A DNA stretch of 64,000 nt. Source: an uncultured Holophagales bacterium (lineage in GTDB: Bacteria > Acidobacteriota > Thermoanaerobaculia > Multivoradales > UBA5704). Under the pieces are notes generated by a model. That model made no database searches, was not told where the DNA came from, and worked only from the letters and a program-made list of their open reading frames with translations. Every line of letters begins with the position of its first letter. Position 1 is the stretch's first letter. Position numbers and translations under genes: made by a program. The stretch spans positions 77,993-141,992 of the forward strand of contig CAVUHL010000003.1 in assembly GCA_963741305.1 (NCBI GenBank), read 5' to 3'. Of this stretch, positions 36,670 through 46,084 are shown piece by piece.

Positions 36670-37837
36670 GGAAGAGTTGTGGCTTGATATGGGCCGACAC
36701 TTCACACCTGACCAACTCGCTGGCGATCTGGCTAGTCTTGTTGATGATCACTTCGAAGGAAATTATTCCGGATCTCTGGAGGTTCTTGATCTCTTTGCGG
36801 GAGACGGCAGGCTTGGACATGCAACTAGTGAGCGGCTTACTTCAAGAGGGTTTAAAACGAAGGTGACATACGCCGAAGTCAGGGAGGGCGTGCAGGGCTT
36901 GAGTGGTGATGACGCGTGGCTCGTTGCCAACGCCTTTAACTTGGAACTAGACGTTCTATTTGATCTTGTTGTCTGTAATCCTCCTTATCGACGTCTCTCT
37001 CGATTAGCTGCTCAAGAATTAGGCTTGCCGTGGGATCGGCTCAAGGCCGCAGCGCACAATCTATATTGTTTGGGTATTCTTAAGGCTCTCCAGCTTTGTA
37101 GGCCTGGAGGGATGGTTGCCGTTATAGCTCCTTTCGGCTGGATAAGGTCTACTCATGCACAGTCATTTCGCAAGCAACTTGCGGGATTCTGTGCAGAAGC
37201 TGTGGTTCATCCCCAGGCATCAAGGCGCCTATTTGATGGTGTAAGTCAGGACATTGCTCTTCAGATATTCAAGAGAGGCAGTGGGTCGGAGGAGGCTCTG
37301 CTTAGAGTGAACGATAGTATCATCCCTATCGACAGCGGGCGATGCGAGAACTCTGGCTCAACCTTGCCGGGTCCGCGGGTCAGGGTAGGGCCATTAGTTT
37401 GGAACAGAGTGAAGGAGTTTTTGTGCGCCGAGGAGGGAGACACTTATCCGGTCGTGTATGGAGGTTCCATCAAGGGGGGGCGTCTAGATCTTAGATCTGG
37501 CCGCTATGTGGCGAGGCAGTATGTAAAAAAGAGCGTAGTGCCGGCCGGGTTTATTTCGCGGGGTTGTTGCATTCTGCTGCGGCGGACCCTGAGAGGCTGT
37601 CCAGGCTCCTGGACTATTGATGCGACGATAACAGATTCGGACTTCTGCGCAGTAGCAGAAAACCATGTGATCGTCATAGAGGTTGAGAGTTGCGGTATTT
37701 CGGCTCGCATGCTCTGCGAGAGAGTATTAGTTGAGTTGACAAGCCACTGCCTGCTTCTTGGAAATCCCATTATCAGCACCTCCGCAGTCAAAGCTGCCAC
37801 AGGCGTTGCCTTCGCCGATTTGACTGGTGGAGACTAA
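36632..37837 (+). CDS. N6-adenine DNA methyltransferase (gamma-class, NPPY)
   Basis: Motif I VLDLFAGDGRLG, motif IV VVCNPPY; overlaps the HNH gene. Confidence 0.8.
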   Translation: MATRTYREFNMTREELWLDMGRHFTPDQLAGDLASLVDDHFEGNYSGSLEVLDLFAGDGRLGHATSERLTSRGFKTKVTYAEVREGVQGLSGDDAWLVANAFNLELDVLFDLVVCNPPYRRLSRLAAQELGLPWDRLKAAAHNLYCLGILKALQLCRPGGMVAVIAPFGWIRSTHAQSFRKQLAGFCAEAVVHPQASRRLFDGVSQDIALQIFKRGSGSEEALLRVNDSIIPIDSGRCENSGSTLPGPRVRVGPLVWNRVKEFLCAEEGDTYPVVYGGSIKGGRLDLRSGRYVARQYVKKSVVPAGFISRGCCILLRRTLRGCPGSWTIDATITDSDFCAVAENHVIVIEVESCGISARMLCERVLVELTSHCLLLGNPIISTSAVKAATGVAFADLTGGD

Positions 37838-37993
37838 CCCGGAACTGCCAGACAGGTGCCGAGCCGAATAAGTGCCCGAATAAGTGCCATCCGACTGTTG
37901 AGGACCGTTAGGCCGCACAGATGCAGCGTGGCCATCTCCAACTTTTAGCTGACTAATTCCAGTTGGACCGCCCATGAAGAAGAAAGCGAATCT

Positions 37994-38866
37994 ATGAGCA
38001 CTCAGTCCAATGACTTGGCACGTTATAAGGAAGGACAACGCCAACAGTGGGATAGCGTTGCCACCGGTTGGAAGAAGTGGTGGCGGGCTATCGAGGACGG
38101 CGCGCAACACGTAAGTCAGCGCATGGTCGAACTAGCGGAAGTTAAACCCGGTCAGCGAGTATTGGACATCGCGACCGGCATTGGCGAGCCCGCACTGTTG
38201 GCTGCAAGCCGTGTCGGCACCGCGGGGCTGGTTGTAGCAGCGGACCTCTCATCTCAGATGCTCGATATCGCCCGAGAGCGAGCAAATACGTTGGGGTTGA
38301 CGAATGTGGAGTTCATAGAATCGGATGTGGAGGGGCTGAATTTTCCTGATGGCAGCTTTGACGCCATTCTCTGTCGCTGGGGCGTAACATCTCTACCTAA
38401 TCCATCGAATACGTTGGTCGCGATACGGCGTATGCTGACTCCCAGCGGCTCGTTCGCCACTGCTGTTTGGGAAGCCGGACCGAAGGGTCGCCCCATGGCG
38501 AGCATTGCGACGGATGTTGCCCGAGAGATTTTTGATTTACCGTCACCCCAACTCGGAGTTCCTTCTCTGCCTGGATCAGCAAAAGGCGCCTTAGAAAAGG
38601 AGATGATTCACGCCGGGTTTACGGATGTACGCGTTGAAGAGATGACGCTTGCGTTGGAATTACCGTCGACCGAAGACTGCGCTCAATATCTCATGGATGT
38701 TTCGCCCGAATTTGCTACTTTGCTTTCCGATAAGTCGTCTGGACAGCAGAAAAAATTTCGGCAGAGACTCGCCGAAAAGCTCCGGCAGTACGTGATGGTT
38801 GATGGAAGCGTTCGGGTTCCAAATGTAACTATCTGCGCGGCGGGGCGAGTTCAATTTGGCACCTAG
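37994..38866 (+). CDS. Class I SAM-dependent methyltransferase (small-molecule type)
   Basis: RVLDIATGIGEPALLAA (motif I), DLSSQML, DAILCRWG. Confidence 0.8.
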   Translation: MSTQSNDLARYKEGQRQQWDSVATGWKKWWRAIEDGAQHVSQRMVELAEVKPGQRVLDIATGIGEPALLAASRVGTAGLVVAADLSSQMLDIARERANTLGLTNVEFIESDVEGLNFPDGSFDAILCRWGVTSLPNPSNTLVAIRRMLTPSGSFATAVWEAGPKGRPMASIATDVAREIFDLPSPQLGVPSLPGSAKGALEKEMIHAGFTDVRVEEMTLALELPSTEDCAQYLMDVSPEFATLLSDKSSGQQKKFRQRLAEKLRQYVMVDGSVRVPNVTICAAGRVQFGT

Positions 38867-38992
38867 AAGCGCACGACCCAGTGGCTCCAGCGGACGTCGG
38901 CGCCGCGCGCTGAGGCGACACATGGCGAGGTCGCCGGGCCTTTGAAGACCGGATAGGTCGTTTGGCGGCATGGATGACATGAAGGCAACACG

Positions 38993-39574
38993 ATGGCATA
39001 CACTGATTCTCGCGTAACGATCCACATGGCGGCGAGCCTTGACGGCTTCATCGCTCGAAAAGATGGAAGTGTCGACTGGCTCGAGACCTCAGACGAATTT
39101 GTAGACGGCGACACCATGGATCCAGGATTCGTCGAGGCCTTCCTCAAGACGATCGACTGCTACGTCATGGGATCGCGAACCTATGAGACCGCGCTTCGTT
39201 TTGAAGCCCAAGGTTTGGGGTGGCCGTACGGTGATAAACCCACCTTTGTCCTCACTAGCCGGGAGCTGCCGCGGGTCCGGGATACCGTCGAGCTCTACTC
39301 AGGCGATCTTGCGCAGTTCGTGAATGGGCACCTGCGGCCCGCATTCCGTGCCATCTGGTTTGTTGGAGGCGGTGTAGTCTCCGCCGAATGCCTTCGTCTC
39401 GGGCTTGCCGACGAAGTCCGTTATTCGATTTTGCCGATCTTGATTGGTGATGGGGTCCCATTCTTCGAGAAGCTCGACAGAGACATCGCCCTCCACCTGG
39501 CGGAGGTCAAAGCCTACAAGAGCGGCATGGTGGAGCTCTGTTATGAGGTGCGAGGACATCGTACGGCTAGATAG
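38993..39574 (+). CDS. Dihydrofolate reductase-like / RibD C-terminal domain protein
   Basis: IHMAASLDGFIARKDGSVDWL, YVMGSRTYETAL, IWFVGGG. Confidence 0.75.
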   Translation: MAYTDSRVTIHMAASLDGFIARKDGSVDWLETSDEFVDGDTMDPGFVEAFLKTIDCYVMGSRTYETALRFEAQGLGWPYGDKPTFVLTSRELPRVRDTVELYSGDLAQFVNGHLRPAFRAIWFVGGGVVSAECLRLGLADEVRYSILPILIGDGVPFFEKLDRDIALHLAEVKAYKSGMVELCYEVRGHRTAR

Positions 39575-40050
39575 GTGCCACGTGCTTGTTGGGAAGCTCG
39601 GTCTCGTGGTGGACCTCGACGTGGCCGCTTGCCACGGCCAGCGAGCCGTAGACGGGGCACCGGCGTTGGAAGCCGGCTATGAGCTCCGTGGCCTGGGCCG
39701 GGCTTGGACCGCGCAGCCGAAAGATCAGCTCGACGGATGTGAACACCGTTACGTCAGTCCGCGGCTGCCGCTCGCGGTCGATGCTTCCGCGCACCGTTAC
39801 CTTCACGTGCTCGAGTGGGATGTGCGCATCCCGCGCGAGCACTTGAAGGACTTCGGCCCCCGCAGGCGGCGGCGGTGGTGAGGAAGAGCTCTCCGGGCGT
39901 CGGCGCCTCGCCGGGGCAGCCATTCTGCACTGGACCGTCCACGACGAGATGGTGCTGGCGGACGGTGCAACTCACCCTTCCAAAGATGGACGTCGTCTCC
40001 GCATGCGCCTCGTAGGTGCGCACGCCGGCAGGCGGCTCGACGGATTTCAT
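39567..40050 (-). pseudogene. OsmC/Ohr-family peroxiredoxin-like gene split by a frameshift
   Basis: N-terminal half in ORF 39754-40050 (HHLVVDGP...GELFLTTAAAC), C-terminal half in ORF 39567-39923 (CPVYGSL...HVEVHHE). The two are in different frames and overlap. Confidence 0.6.
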
Positions 40051-41078
40051 GTCCGCAGGTCGACGTAGGGCGGCGGCGGCTGGATCGCGGAGTAGTCGTT
40101 CTCGAAGATCAGGACGTTGCCGTCCCTCGCGACTTCCTTGAAGCCGGCGAACTTGTAGGTGATCAGCATCTGGCGGTTGCGGTCGTTCGACACGAACTCG
40201 GCGCGCAGCTTAACCCCGGCTTCCTTCGCCATGCGCAGGACGTAGTGAATCATGATCATTCCCACGCCCTTGGACATCACGCGGCAGGACATCAGCAGGA
40301 GCTTGACGTTCCAGACGTCCTTATCCATCTCGATGAGGGTGAGGCCGATCTTGCCGTAGGTGCCGTGCCGGTCCTGAAGGCTGGAGACGAGCAATTTGTG
40401 GCGCGGCGATTTCCGCAGCTCGTCCAGCTCTTCGTAGGAGTAGGTGTAGCCCGTGGTATTGAGCTGATTCGTGCGCACGGTCAGCTCCTCGGCGCGCTTC
40501 AGGTCTTCCTCGCGGCAGGGAGCGATCGTGAAGATCATCCCGAGCGTGGCAAGGAATTCCTCCTTGGGGCCGACGAACTCCTCTTCCTCCCGGTTGCGCC
40601 GGATGTCCGCCATGTACATGCGGCGGCGCTCTTTTGAATCCTCGGTGATGAAGCGCGGGTTGAGCTCCGGCCGGTCGAGCATGCCGTCGAGCTCCGCCGA
40701 GTCGATGCAGAGGACTTTGTCGTGAGAGAAAGCCACCTCTTCGCGCTCGAACGGCTGGTCGTCCACGAAGGCAATGGTATCCAGGCCGATGTTGATGTCC
40801 GCCGCGATCTGGGCGATGGAGGAGGCCTTGGAATTCCAGTTGATCTGCGGATAGAGGAAGTATTCCTCGATCCCGAATTCCTGGAGCTTCGCCAGGGCCG
40901 TATCGTGATCGTTGCGGCTGGCGATCGAATGCAGGATGCCGCGCTCGTCAAGGGTCTTCAGGATCTCCACGACATGAGGCCGGAGCCGGACTTCCGTGTC
41001 TTCCAGCAGAATGCCATCCCAGACGGTATTGTCCAGGTCCCAGACGACGCACTTGATCGAGGATTTCTTGTCGCTCAC
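40047..41078 (-). CDS. FkbH-like protein (HAD-IIIC phosphatase plus acyltransferase-like C-terminus); glyceryl-ACP forming
   Basis: VVWDLDNTVWDG (DxDxT), FVDDQPFE, C-terminal GNAT-like region. Adjacent to ACP, acyl-CoA DH and HADH as in hydroxy/methoxymalonyl-ACP loci. Confidence 0.75.
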   Translation of the reverse strand: MSDKKSSIKCVVWDLDNTVWDGILLEDTEVRLRPHVVEILKTLDERGILHSIASRNDHDTALAKLQEFGIEEYFLYPQINWNSKASSIAQIAADINIGLDTIAFVDDQPFEREEVAFSHDKVLCIDSAELDGMLDRPELNPRFITEDSKERRRMYMADIRRNREEEEFVGPKEEFLATLGMIFTIAPCREEDLKRAEELTVRTNQLNTTGYTYSYEELDELRKSPRHKLLVSSLQDRHGTYGKIGLTLIEMDKDVWNVKLLLMSCRVMSKGVGMIMIHYVLRMAKEAGVKLRAEFVSNDRNRQMLITYKFAGFKEVARDGNVLIFENDYSAIQPPPPYVDLRT

Positions 41079-42202
41079 AGCTCCTCCAGCTCGAAGCGCG
41101 CGATCGTGCTCTGCTGGATCTGCGTGCTCCCTTCGATGATCTCCATCACCTTGGCGTCGCGGAAGTAGCGCGACACCGGGAAGTCCTCATGGCAGCCGTT
41201 GCCGCCATGGATCTGGACCGCGTCCGATGCCGCACGGTTGGCGGTTGTGGACGCGAAGTACTTGGCGACCGAGGTTTCCGCGATAGCGCCGGGGTCGCCG
41301 GTGTCGCGCAAATAGCCGGCCCGCATGCAGAGCAGGCGCGCGGCGCGCACGTTGGTGATCATGTCGGAGAGCATTGCCCGGACGAGCTGGTGCTCGAACA
41401 GCGGCTGGCCGAACTGCTGGCGCTCGCGGGCATAGGCAAGGCACGCATCGAGGCAGGCCTGGGCGATGCCCACCGAGCCGCAGGCCACGCTGTAGCGGCC
41501 CTGGTCCAGCGCGGCGCCCACCACGTGGGAGACGCCGAAGCCGGGGCGGCCCACCATGTCCTCCGTCCGGGCTCCTTCCAGCTTCAGCTCGGCGAGCATC
41601 GACGCCCGGGTGCCCAGGATGCCGCGCAGGGGCGTGACCGTGAGGCCGGGGGTTTCGCGCTCCACGAGGAACGCCGTGGGCTTGCCGTCGAGCTTGGCGA
41701 AGAGCAGGTAGAGATCGGCGATCTGGCCGTAGGTGATCCATTTCTTGGTGCCGTCGAGCGCATAGCCGCCGTCCACTTCGACCGCCTTCGTCTGGATGCT
41801 CATGGCGTCGCTGCCCGCCTCGGGCTCGGAGAGCGCGAAGGCGCCGAGGATCTCCCCTCGGGCCAGGCGCGGCAGCCAGCTCTCTTTCTGCCGCTGGTTG
41901 CCCCAGCGCAGGATGCCCCGGCAGGCCATGTCGTGCACGGTGAGCAGCGAGCGGATCGAGGAGCAGCCGCGCCCGATCTCCTCGGTGAGCACACCGTAGG
42001 AGATCATGTCGAGGCCCTTGCCCCCGTGCTCGGCCGGCACCATGGAGCCGAGCCAGCCGCGCTCGACGAGCTTGTCCACGATACCGCGCGGGGTCGCCTC
42101 TTCGCGGTCCCATTGCCCGGCGTGCGGAGCGATCTCCTGCTGCACGAAGGCGCGGACTTCCGAGCGCAGCGCCCGTTGCTCCGGGGTGAGCTCGATCTTC
42201 AT
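41075..42202 (-). CDS. Acyl-CoA/acyl-ACP dehydrogenase (FkbI-like)
   Basis: ACAD fold motifs (GSDAMSIQT..., YASTTANRAASDAVQIHGGNG, EGSTQIQ). Confidence 0.85.
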   Translation of the reverse strand: MKIELTPEQRALRSEVRAFVQQEIAPHAGQWDREEATPRGIVDKLVERGWLGSMVPAEHGGKGLDMISYGVLTEEIGRGCSSIRSLLTVHDMACRGILRWGNQRQKESWLPRLARGEILGAFALSEPEAGSDAMSIQTKAVEVDGGYALDGTKKWITYGQIADLYLLFAKLDGKPTAFLVERETPGLTVTPLRGILGTRASMLAELKLEGARTEDMVGRPGFGVSHVVGAALDQGRYSVACGSVGIAQACLDACLAYARERQQFGQPLFEHQLVRAMLSDMITNVRAARLLCMRAGYLRDTGDPGAIAETSVAKYFASTTANRAASDAVQIHGGNGCHEDFPVSRYFRDAKVMEIIEGSTQIQQSTIARFELEEL

Positions 42203-42233
42203 AGTTTGATCTTCATGGCTCAGGGTTTGATCT

Positions 42234-42479
42234 TCATGGCTCAGGGCTGCTCTTACGAGCCACCAGGTTCGAGATGGCCTGGATGGAGCGGAAGTTGTCG
42301 AGGTCGAGGTCCTCGTCTCCGACCCGGATGCCGAACTCTTTCTCCACGAAGGCGACGAGCTGCATCGCCAGCAGGGAATTGACGAAGCCGAGGGCGAAGA
42401 TGTCCTCCTCCGGCTGCAGATCCTGGTTCTTGAAGAACCGCGACAGGAACTCTTTGATCTTGGTCTGAGTCTGGTCCAT
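42234..42479 (-). CDS. Acyl carrier protein (FkbJ-like)
   Basis: 81 aa MDQTQTKIKEFL...ALGFVNSLLAMQLVAFVEKEFGI, a 4-helix ACP-like sequence with a Ser in the GFVNSL context. The ORF track shows only a fused 278-aa ORF in this frame. Confidence 0.65.
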   Translation of the reverse strand: MDQTQTKIKEFLSRFFKNQDLQPEEDIFALGFVNSLLAMQLVAFVEKEFGIRVGDEDLDLDNFRSIQAISNLVARKSSPEP

Positions 42480-42487
42480 GTTTCCCT

Positions 42488-43351
<864 letters not shown>

Positions 43352-43352
43352 G

Positions 43353-44717
43353 TCAACTCCTCCTAATTTCTCTTCTGGAATCGAGAGTCACGAGAAGGCC
43401 CTTGTTGGGCTCGTAGTAGTAGGCGTTGCGGACCGGCCGGATCTCGGACTGCGCGAGCTTCAGCTCGGCCTTGAGGATGATCGTCGCCAGCGCGCCTTTT
43501 ATCACCACGACCGCGAAATCCTTGCCTGCGCAGGCGTGAGAGCCGCTCCCGAAGGGGCTCCACGCCTCGGCCGGGGGCTTCTGCTTCTGATAGAAGTGGT
43601 CCGGATCGAAGCTCCCGGGGTTGGCGAAGAGGTCGGGGCGCACCGACTGGGCCGGGTAGGAGACGGCGATGAGGGAGCCCTCAGGGAGGAGATAGCCGCC
43701 GAGCTCGAACGGTTGCTTCACCTTCCGCAGGTCGGTGACGAGGTTGTTGGGGCGCCGACGCAGGCCCTCGAAGACTACCGCGTCGAGATAGGGTAGGGCC
43801 GCGAGATGCTCACTCTGGAGATCTCCCTGGCCCACGATGGCATCGAGCTCCTGCCGCAGCCGCGCGAGCGCTTCCGGATGGGTCAGGAGCTCGCCCATGG
43901 TCCAGGTCATCGAGTTGCCCGTCTGCTCGTGGCCCTGGAAGAGCATGTCGAGGATTTCGCTGAGGATGACCTCGCGGCCAAGCTGGCTGCCGTCCCGGAG
44001 CCGCGCCCGGGCCATGCCGAGCACGAAGCCGTCGGCCTCCGGCCGGTCTGCCTCGGACAGGAGCTTGTCGATCTCCTGCAGGAACGCTGTCCGGACGGCC
44101 TCGCGCCGCTGCTTGACCTTGCGCCAGGGGCTGCCCGGGAAATCGAGCTGCAGGCTGGTGTGGGGGACGGTCAGCGAGCGCAGGCCTTTGAAGGCGAAGT
44201 CTTCATAGAGGTCGGCGAGCTGCCGGGCCCTCTCCGGACCGATGCCGTTGAACAGGAGGCGGACCAGCGCTTCGAGGGAGATCTTCTGAAGCGCCAGCAC
44301 CAGCTTGAACGGTTGATTGAGCGGCCACTCCGCGAGCCTGCGCTCGGTGATCTGGCGGATGCTGTCGACCTGGCGCTGGCTCTCTTGCGCACCGAGATAC
44401 GGTGCGATAACGTCCCTGCGCTCTTTGTGGGCAGGTCCGTCGAGCTGCGAGGTGGCGCCCCGTCCGAGCACGGGCGCGATGCTGAAGCCCTCGATTTCGC
44501 CGCCGGACACGACGCCGGGCGGTGCTTCGAGCACGGCATTGACGAGGTCCGGCGAGCAGATGTAGGTCCAGTTCCCGAGGCCCGGTATCCGCGTTGTAAA
44601 GATATCGCCGCACTCGCGAAAGGATTCTTCATAGAACTGCATCGTATTTTTGACGAAGCGCCGCGTGTGCGACACTAGCGAGCCCGCGGGACGGGGGATC
44701 TCTGACGCCGGTTTCAT
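43353..44717 (-). CDS. Cytochrome P450
   Basis: Heme loop FGSGSHACAGKDFA, ExxR (ETLR), AGHETT-like GHEQTGNS; start MKPASEI at 44717. Confidence 0.85.
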   Translation of the reverse strand: MKPASEIPRPAGSLVSHTRRFVKNTMQFYEESFRECGDIFTTRIPGLGNWTYICSPDLVNAVLEAPPGVVSGGEIEGFSIAPVLGRGATSQLDGPAHKERRDVIAPYLGAQESQRQVDSIRQITERRLAEWPLNQPFKLVLALQKISLEALVRLLFNGIGPERARQLADLYEDFAFKGLRSLTVPHTSLQLDFPGSPWRKVKQRREAVRTAFLQEIDKLLSEADRPEADGFVLGMARARLRDGSQLGREVILSEILDMLFQGHEQTGNSMTWTMGELLTHPEALARLRQELDAIVGQGDLQSEHLAALPYLDAVVFEGLRRRPNNLVTDLRKVKQPFELGGYLLPEGSLIAVSYPAQSVRPDLFANPGSFDPDHFYQKQKPPAEAWSPFGSGSHACAGKDFAVVVIKGALATIILKAELKLAQSEIRPVRNAYYYEPNKGLLVTLDSRREIRRS

Positions 44718-44783
44718 CGTTTGCCCTCTGGGGAAAGACGGTCCGAATGCGGCCCGGAATATAGCAGAAGAAGACGGGAGCCC

Positions 44784-46079
44784 ATGAGCTATCAGCGCCC
44801 CACGCGCTTTCTGAACCGCGATTTCCTGCTGCTCTGGCAAGGCCAGTTCGTGAGCATGCTGGGCTCGCAGGCGTTCTCCGTCGCGATGATTTTCTGGATC
44901 AAGCGCCAGACCGACTCGGCGTCGCTCCTGGGGCTCGGCATGTTGTCGCAATGGGTGCCGGCGATCCTTCTCGGACCGTTCGGCGGCACCCTCGCCGACC
45001 GCATGTCGCGCCGGAAGATCTTGATCCTGGCCGACGTGGTGCGCGGTATTTCTGCCATTGCGCTGGCGGCCCTGGTGCTCCTGGATCCGGGGCGCTCAGG
45101 GTTGATCCTCGCCGGGCTGCTGGTGCTGTCCGCCATCATGGGGGTGTGCGACGCCTTCTTCCGGCCGGCGATCAGCGCCACGATCCCGGACCTTGTGCCG
45201 GAGAAAGACGTCACCCGTGCCAACTCGGCGAACCGCCTGGCGCTCGACGTTTCCACGTTCCTGGGCCAGGGCCTGGGAGGCGTGTTCTTCCGCATCATCG
45301 GTCCCGGCATCCTCTTTCTAATCGACGGCATTACCTATCTCTTTTCGGCGGTCACGGTGGGCTTGATCCGGATGCCGCCGCCACCCCCTGTCGTCAAGAA
45401 ATCGAGCTGGCGCGCTGCCGGCGCCGATTTCTGGCGCGAGCTGAAGCTCGGGCTGCGCTACGTGGCGAGCCGCAAGGGGCTGCGCTACATCCTCTTTCTG
45501 GCGCCGCTGGAAAGCCTTTTCATGGTCACGATCGTCGTGCTCCTGCCTTTCTTCGTCGAGGACTTCCTGCGCGTGAAGCCCGACTGGTACGGCTTTCTGG
45601 TGGCGGCCTTCGGCGGCGGCTCGTTCGTCGGCAGCATCGTGGCCGGCGGCACCAATGCCACGGGCCAGGTGCGCAAGTGGGCCTATCTGGCCTGCGCGCT
45701 GGGCTTCGGAGCCGCCGCCATCAGCCTCAGCTTCGCCCGTTCGCCATGGGTGACGATGGGGTGGATCTTCGCGGCGGGGGCGATGAGCGGCTTCAACACC
45801 ATCCACGCCCTGAGCCTGGCGCAGGTCACCACACCGCCCGAGCTGCGGGGCCGCGTCCTCGGCCTCTTCGAGACCCTGAGCCTCAGCGCCATGCCGATTG
45901 CCGCCGGTGCAGCCGGCATCGTCGCCGACCTCCTCGACCGCGACATCCCGCTCGTGTACCTCGGCTGCGGCGTCGCCCTGATCGTGGTGGCGCTGGTCCA
46001 GGCCGGGAAGCGCGAGGTGCGCGAGTTCCTGGACTTCGAGCCGCCCCCCGCGGAACCGGCGCCAGAGCCGAGCGCGTGA
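44784..46079 (+). CDS. MFS transporter (EntS/enterobactin-exporter-like)
   Basis: 12-TM MFS; LADRMSRRK motif loop; divergent from the BGC. Confidence 0.75.
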   Translation: MSYQRPTRFLNRDFLLLWQGQFVSMLGSQAFSVAMIFWIKRQTDSASLLGLGMLSQWVPAILLGPFGGTLADRMSRRKILILADVVRGISAIALAALVLLDPGRSGLILAGLLVLSAIMGVCDAFFRPAISATIPDLVPEKDVTRANSANRLALDVSTFLGQGLGGVFFRIIGPGILFLIDGITYLFSAVTVGLIRMPPPPPVVKKSSWRAAGADFWRELKLGLRYVASRKGLRYILFLAPLESLFMVTIVVLLPFFVEDFLRVKPDWYGFLVAAFGGGSFVGSIVAGGTNATGQVRKWAYLACALGFGAAAISLSFARSPWVTMGWIFAAGAMSGFNTIHALSLAQVTTPPELRGRVLGLFETLSLSAMPIAAGAAGIVADLLDRDIPLVYLGCGVALIVVALVQAGKREVREFLDFEPPPAEPAPEPSA

Positions 46080-46084
46080 CCGGG

